A stretch of DNA of 64,000 bases from an uncultured Chloroflexia bacterium (GTDB lineage: Bacteria > Chloroflexota > Limnocylindria > Limnocylindrales > CSP1-4). The notes under the pieces are model-generated. The model saw only the letters and a program-made list of their open reading frames with translations, did not search any database and was not told the origin of the DNA. Within the stretch, counting starts at the first letter, position 1, and each line of letters opens with the position of its first letter. Location of the stretch: NCBI GenBank assembly GCA_963776355.1, contig CAVZLU010000008.1, positions 962,225-1,026,224 on the forward strand, given 5' to 3'. A program made the translations under genes and the position numbers. Below, in pieces: positions 60,128-64,000 of this stretch.

Positions 60128-60942
60128 GTCGCGGCCGTCCCCTCGCCCGGCGAGCCCGGTTCGGGTGGAGTGACGGACGTTCGTTCGATCGATGCGTCGG
60201 GACTGGCCGGCTCCAGCGCCAGCGACTCGAGCGCCGAAGCCGCGGCCGCGGTTTCGGCACCGCGCCGCGACCCGCCCGTCCCGGCGCCCACGAGCCGGCC
60301 GCCGACGGACACCTCCACGAGGAAGCGGCGCTGGTGGTCGGGTCCCGTCACCTCCACCAGCCGATAGTCGGGGCGCTCGCCGGAGCGTCGTTGGGTCAGC
60401 TCCTGGAGCCGGCTCTTGGGACTCTTGAGAGTCCCGGGCGCCGCGTCCGCCGCCAGCTCGGGCGCGGCCAGCGCCGCGAGCCAGGCGCGCGCCGCCTCCC
60501 AGCCCTGGTCGAGGAAGATCGCCGCAGCCACCGCCTCCAGGGCGGACGCGAGCAGGATCGGACGGGCCCGGCCCTGGTGCAGCTCCTCACCTTCGCCGAG
60601 CAGAAGGTACGGTCCGAGGTCGAGGCGGCGGGCGAGCCGGGCCAGCCCACTGGTGCTCACGATGGCCGCGCGCCGGGCCGACAGCACGCCCTCGTCGTCG
60701 CCGGGACGGAGGGCATGAAGCGCCGACGAGATGACGAGGCTCACGACCGCGTCGCCCAGGAACTCCAGGCGCTCGTTCTGCCCGGTCGCTCCCTCCGGAT
60801 GCTCGTGCAGCCACGAGCCGTGGACGAGGGCGCGCTCAAGGAGCGATGGGTCGCGGAAGGTGAGCCCGAGTCGCTCGGCAAGCTCGAGCGCGGATCGCGG
60901 CGGTCGGGCCGCCTCCCCCGGCAGTGACCGGGGCGTGGTCAG
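60124..60942 (-). CDS. rnc: Ribonuclease III, probable CTG start in a CTGA overlap with acpP
   Basis: The catalytic signature [11 protein letters not shown] and the N-terminal [26 protein letters not shown] lie upstream of the first canonical start (GTG 60744). The frame is open to CTG 60942-60940, which overlaps the acpP TGA. A dsRBD is present. Confidence 0.75.
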   Translation of the reverse strand: MTTPRSLPGEAARPPRSALELAERLGLTFRDPSLLERALVHGSWLHEHPEGATGQNERLEFLGDAVVSLVISSALHALRPGDDEGVLSARRAAIVSTSGLARLARRLDLGPYLLLGEGEELHQGRARPILLASALEAVAAAIFLDQGWEAARAWLAALAAPELAADAAPGTLKSPKSRLQELTQRRSGERPDYRLVEVTGPDHQRRFLVEVSVGGRLVGAGTGGSRRGAETAAAASALESLALEPASPDASIERTSVTPPEPGSPGEGTAAT

Positions 60943-61175
60943 GTCGCGTGCTCGTCGATGTAGTCGGCGGCGTCCTGGACGGTCTGGATCTTCTCGGCCT
61001 CTTCGTCCGAGATCTCCATCCCGAACTCCTCCTCGAGGCTCATGATGAGCTCGACGAGGTCGAGCGAGTCAGCGTTCAGATCGTCGACGAAGGAGGCCTC
61101 CGGGTTCACTTCGGCCTCGTCGACGCCGAGCTGCTCGACGACGATCTTCTTCAGCCGCTCGTAGGTGGTCGCCAC
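60939..61175 (-). CDS. acpP: Acyl carrier protein
   Basis: ...[24 protein letters not shown] (DSL phosphopantetheine site). Confidence 0.95.
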   Translation of the reverse strand: MATTYERLKKIVVEQLGVDEAEVNPEASFVDDLNADSLDLVELIMSLEEEFGMEISDEEAEKIQTVQDAADYIDEHAT

Positions 61176-61196
61176 TGGCCCCTTCCTCCCTGGGTG

Positions 61197-61697
61197 TCAC
61201 TGCTGCGCGTCGGGGACTCCGGTGCTGCGCGGTCCGGGCAGGGCCTCCGGCATCCCGCTCGCGACGTCGCGGGCCACGCGGCCCAGGACCCCGTTGACGA
61301 GACGACGTGCCGGATCACCTCCGTAGACCCGCGCGAGCTCGACCCACTCGGCGATCGCCACCCGGGCCGGCGTCGCGGGCGAGTGTAGCACCTCGCAGAT
61401 GCCCGCACGGAGGAGAACGCGGTCCATCCGGGCCAGCGTCACGACGGGATATTGCGGCGCCGCGGCCTCGATGCGGGCGTCGATCCGATCGCGATTCTCA
61501 ATCGTGGCCAGGACGAGCCGGCGCGCGTGCAGGGCGGTCTCCGGGTCGCCCTCGGTCTCGGCCAGGTGCCGCTCGAGAACCGCCGGCGCCGTGCGCTGGC
61601 CGAACTCGGCCTCGAACAGCGAGGCGAGCACGAGCCGCCGGGCCGCCCGGCGCGCGCGCACCAGGTCGGAGCCGGGCCGGCCCGCGCGCCCGCTCAC
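61197..61697 (-). CDS. nusB: Transcription antitermination factor NusB
   Basis: RARRAARRLVLASLFEAEF...MDRVLLRAGICEVL......AIAEWVELARVYGGDPARRLVNGVLGRV. GTG start in a GTGA overlap. Confidence 0.85.
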   Translation of the reverse strand: MSGRAGRPGSDLVRARRAARRLVLASLFEAEFGQRTAPAVLERHLAETEGDPETALHARRLVLATIENRDRIDARIEAAAPQYPVVTLARMDRVLLRAGICEVLHSPATPARVAIAEWVELARVYGGDPARRLVNGVLGRVARDVASGMPEALPGPRSTGVPDAQQ

Positions 61698-62017
61698 GCG
61701 CCCAGGTCGCCGACGCCGTCGATCCGGACCGTGACTCCGCCCAGCTCCAGCCCCAGGAGGCGCTCGATCGCGGCGGCCACCGCCACCTGCACATCCGCGG
61801 CCAGGTCCGCCAGCGGCTGCCCCGGCCGCGCCACCAGGACGACCCGGGCATCCACGGCACCATCTCGAACCCGCACCGAGACCGGCCGCCGCCTGTTGAC
61901 CCTCCACCAGGGGGATCGGGCCCAGCCGATGCGCTGGACGCCCGGCACCTCCATGGCTGCCAGGCGGACGAGGTCGCGGATGACGGGGCGGCGGACGGCC
62001 AGCGAGTCGCCGTTCAC
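61694..62017 (-). CDS. Asp23/Gls24 family envelope-stress protein
   Basis: VIRDLVRLAAMEVPGV...VRVRDGAVDARVVLVARPGQPLADLAADVQVAVAAAIERLLGLELGGVTVRIDGV. Confidence 0.8.
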   Translation of the reverse strand: MNGDSLAVRRPVIRDLVRLAAMEVPGVQRIGWARSPWWRVNRRRPVSVRVRDGAVDARVVLVARPGQPLADLAADVQVAVAAAIERLLGLELGGVTVRIDGVGDLGA

Positions 62018-63087
62018 GCCTGGGCTTCCTCCGCGCGAGCCGTTCCGGCGAGAGCGGCCACCGGGCGGCGGAACGTCTCACCGATGAGCTCGGGCAGGCC
62101 CGCCCGGGCAGCGGCCGCCCCGACGCGCAGGGCGTGCTTGATCATCCGCCGCCTGGCGCGGCCGTGCGTGATCACGACCGTGCCCCGCACGCCGAGCAGC
62201 GGCGAGCCGCCGAGCACCTCGTAGTCGAACGTGGTGCGGATCCGGCCGATGCCGGGCCGCATGAGGAGGTACGCGAGCTTGCCCCGCAGGCTTCGCCGGA
62301 ACTCGTCGGCCCAGAGGTCGAAGATGAAGGTGGCGAGTCCCTCGAAGAACTTGATCGTGACGTTGCCCAGGACTGCGTCGCACACGACGACGTCGGCCGG
62401 GTGGTGGACGAGATCCTTGCCCTCGACGTTGCCGGTGAAGTTGAGGGAGGACGCATCGAGCAGCTCGGTCGCGCGCTGGATCCGGGCGTCGCCTTTGCCC
62501 TTCTCCTCGCCGATCGAAAGAAGGGCCACGCGCGGGTGCGCCACGCCGAGGGCACGCTCCGCGAACAGCGACCCCATGTGGGCGTACTGGACCAGGTTCT
62601 CCGGCGTCGAATTGGGGTTGGCGCCGATGTCGAGCAGCACGAGCGGGCCCGTGTCGGTCACCATCTGGACGGCGAGCGCCGGCCGGTCGACACCGGCGAC
62701 GCGCCCGAGTCGCAGCACCGCGGCCGCCATTCCGGCCCCGGTATGGCCGGCGGTGACCACGGCATCGGCGCGGCCACGCTTCACGAGCTCGCAGGCGACG
62801 AGGATCGAGGCGTCCTTCTTCTCGCGCAGGGCGAGCGCGGGGTGCTCGTGCATCTCGATGACCTGGGTCGCCGGCTCGATCGTCACGTTCGCGGGCAGTC
62901 GCGCGCCGGCGATGGAGGCGATCCGATCAGGCATCCCGACCAGGATGATCTCGTCATCGGGGGACTCGGAGGCGTAGAGGAGGGCGCCCGAGACGACTTC
63001 GGCCGGGCCGTGGTCCCCGCCCATGGCATCGACGGCGAGGCGGACCCGCCGCGTGCGCTCGATCCCCCGGACCGTCGCCAGGTCCAT
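62014..63087 (-). CDS. plsX: Phosphate acyltransferase PlsX
   Basis: RLAVDAMGGDHGP...VTAGHTGA...GANPNS...LSIGEEKGKG. Confidence 0.95.
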   Translation of the reverse strand: MDLATVRGIERTRRVRLAVDAMGGDHGPAEVVSGALLYASESPDDEIILVGMPDRIASIAGARLPANVTIEPATQVIEMHEHPALALREKKDASILVACELVKRGRADAVVTAGHTGAGMAAAVLRLGRVAGVDRPALAVQMVTDTGPLVLLDIGANPNSTPENLVQYAHMGSLFAERALGVAHPRVALLSIGEEKGKGDARIQRATELLDASSLNFTGNVEGKDLVHHPADVVVCDAVLGNVTIKFFEGLATFIFDLWADEFRRSLRGKLAYLLMRPGIGRIRTTFDYEVLGGSPLLGVRGTVVITHGRARRRMIKHALRVGAAAARAGLPELIGETFRRPVAALAGTARAEEAQA

Positions 63088-63123
63088 CGCAGGCTGTGCC
63101 TCGCGCTCGACGGCGGGCGGCGG

Positions 63124-63324
63124 TCAGGAGGCCGCCTCGCCGCCCTTCTTCTTGAGCTCAACCGCCTGCCGGCCGTCGTAGTAGCCGCAGCTGGGGCAGA
63201 TGTGGTGGGCCCGCTTCATGACGTGGCAGTGGGTGCACTCCACGAGATTCGGCAGGCTGAGCGCGTGGTGCGAGCGCCGGTTGCCCTGCCGGGCGTGCGA
63301 CACCTTCCGCTTCGGGAGGCCCAT
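63124..63324 (-). CDS. rpmF: 50S ribosomal protein L32 (zinc-ribbon form)
   Basis: GLPKRKVSHARQGNRRSHH...CTHC...CPSCG. Confidence 0.95.
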   Translation of the reverse strand: MGLPKRKVSHARQGNRRSHHALSLPNLVECTHCHVMKRAHHICPSCGYYDGRQAVELKKKGGEAAS

Positions 63325-63434
63325 CGGGGTTGCTGCTCCTGTCGTGATGCGGCGGCGCGGGCGCGGGGGCGCGCGGTCGCCGGTTCGTCGGGCGATGGGG
63401 CGCGGCGACGCTGACGCCGTCCGGCCGAAGGCGG

Positions 63435-63440
63435 AGTCTA
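63435..63440 (-). promoter_or_regulatory. -10-like TAGACT (ccggcTAGACTccgcct) upstream of rpmF
   Basis: It lies 111 nt upstream of the rpmF ATG and 14 nt after the yceD stop. Its 13-mer is identical to the rpsB site. Confidence 0.4.
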
Positions 63441-63453
63441 GCCGGTTTCGGCG

Positions 63454-63999
63454 CTACTCGTCGGCCCGGAACTCGAGGAGCGCCGCCAGCCGCGGGTCCA
63501 GCGGCGCCTCGGCGTGTTCGTGGGGACCGTCGTTGAGGTCGGCGCCACACTCCGGACAGAGCCCCGGGCAGTCAGGCCGGCAGACCGGGGCGATCGGCGC
63601 GGCCAGCACGACCGCCTCGCGGGCCAGCGGCTCGAGGTCGAGCTCGTGGTGATCCGACAGTCGAAACACGCCCGGCTCCAGGGAGGCGTCAAGGGGCAGT
63701 CCCGACTGCAGGTCGAGGGAGGGCAGGACCTCCTCCTCGATCGGAGCGTCCATCGGGATCTCGATCGCGGCCAGGCACCGTCCGCACGTGTCGGCGAGGC
63801 TCGTCCGGACGTGGCCGCTCACGAACAGGCCGCGGTTGGTGCGCCCGAGCCGGGCCGACACCGTCAGGGGAGCCGCCTGGACGAGGCCTTCGCCGAGGTC
63901 GAGGAGCACGCCCCCGGCGGCGACCTCGCGATGCGATCCGGGGGTCTCGCCGAGGAGGCCGGCGACGTTGATGACGAGGGCGTCCGCTGGGGACGTCGT
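63454..63999 (-). CDS. yceD: YceD/DUF177 family protein (5' end probably beyond the window)
   Basis: ...INVAGLLGETPGSHREV... continues in frame upstream of the track start 63909. The C-terminus reads CRPDCPGLCPECGADLN. Confidence 0.8.
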   Translation of the reverse strand, partial: TTSPADALVINVAGLLGETPGSHREVAAGGVLLDLGEGLVQAAPLTVSARLGRTNRGLFVSGHVRTSLADTCGRCLAAIEIPMDAPIEEEVLPSLDLQSGLPLDASLEPGVFRLSDHHELDLEPLAREAVVLAAPIAPVCRPDCPGLCPECGADLNDGPHEHAEAPLDPRLAALLEFRADE

Positions 64000-64000
64000 C

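Overview
Very GC-rich bacterial chromosome segment. Gene content and order look like a high-GC Gram-positive or Actinobacteria-like organism; an F420-type DUF385 enzyme fits this. No rRNA, tRNA, CRISPR array, transposase or integrase was found. Positions 1-17,000 hold mixed-strand accessory and metabolic genes: GH18 hydrolase, prolyl oligopeptidase, several VOC/glyoxalase genes, an ArsR-AHSA1-VOC operon, EamA and SulP transporters, and a cupredoxin lipoprotein. Positions 17,000-64,000 are an almost unbroken minus-strand run of housekeeping genes: mur-ligase, ftsK, rnj, udg, asd, pnp, rpsO, ribF, truB, nrnA, rbfA, infB, ylxR, nusA, ispG, rseP, dxr, cdsA, frr, pyrH, tsf, rpsB, yraN, rnhB, rplS, trmD, rimM, KH, rpsP, ffh, ftsY, smc, rnc, acpP, nusB, asp23, plsX, rpmF, yceD. 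One plus-strand glycosyltransferase interrupts the run. The most unusual feature is the polynucleotide phosphorylase gene. It is a single 859-aa ORF with a complete DnaQ/RNase T-like DEDDh 3'-5' exonuclease domain, catalytic motifs intact, inserted between its two RNase PH domains. Secondary themes: (i) about nine apparent single-base frameshifts, several in essential genes (ftsK x2, dxr, smc), so assembly indel error is more likely than decay, plus one truly decayed gene remnant; (ii) rimM and rnc have no ATG/GTG/TTG upstream of conserved N-terminal motifs but have CTG codons in CTGA stop-start overlaps, within 14 NTGA-coupled junctions; (iii) a recurrent GC-TA(T/G)ACT-CCGCC promoter-like motif upstream of ribosomal-protein and other genes; (iv) a hairpin plus T-tract in the nusA leader. 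Many long alternative-frame ORFs in the track are GC-driven artefacts and were ignored.
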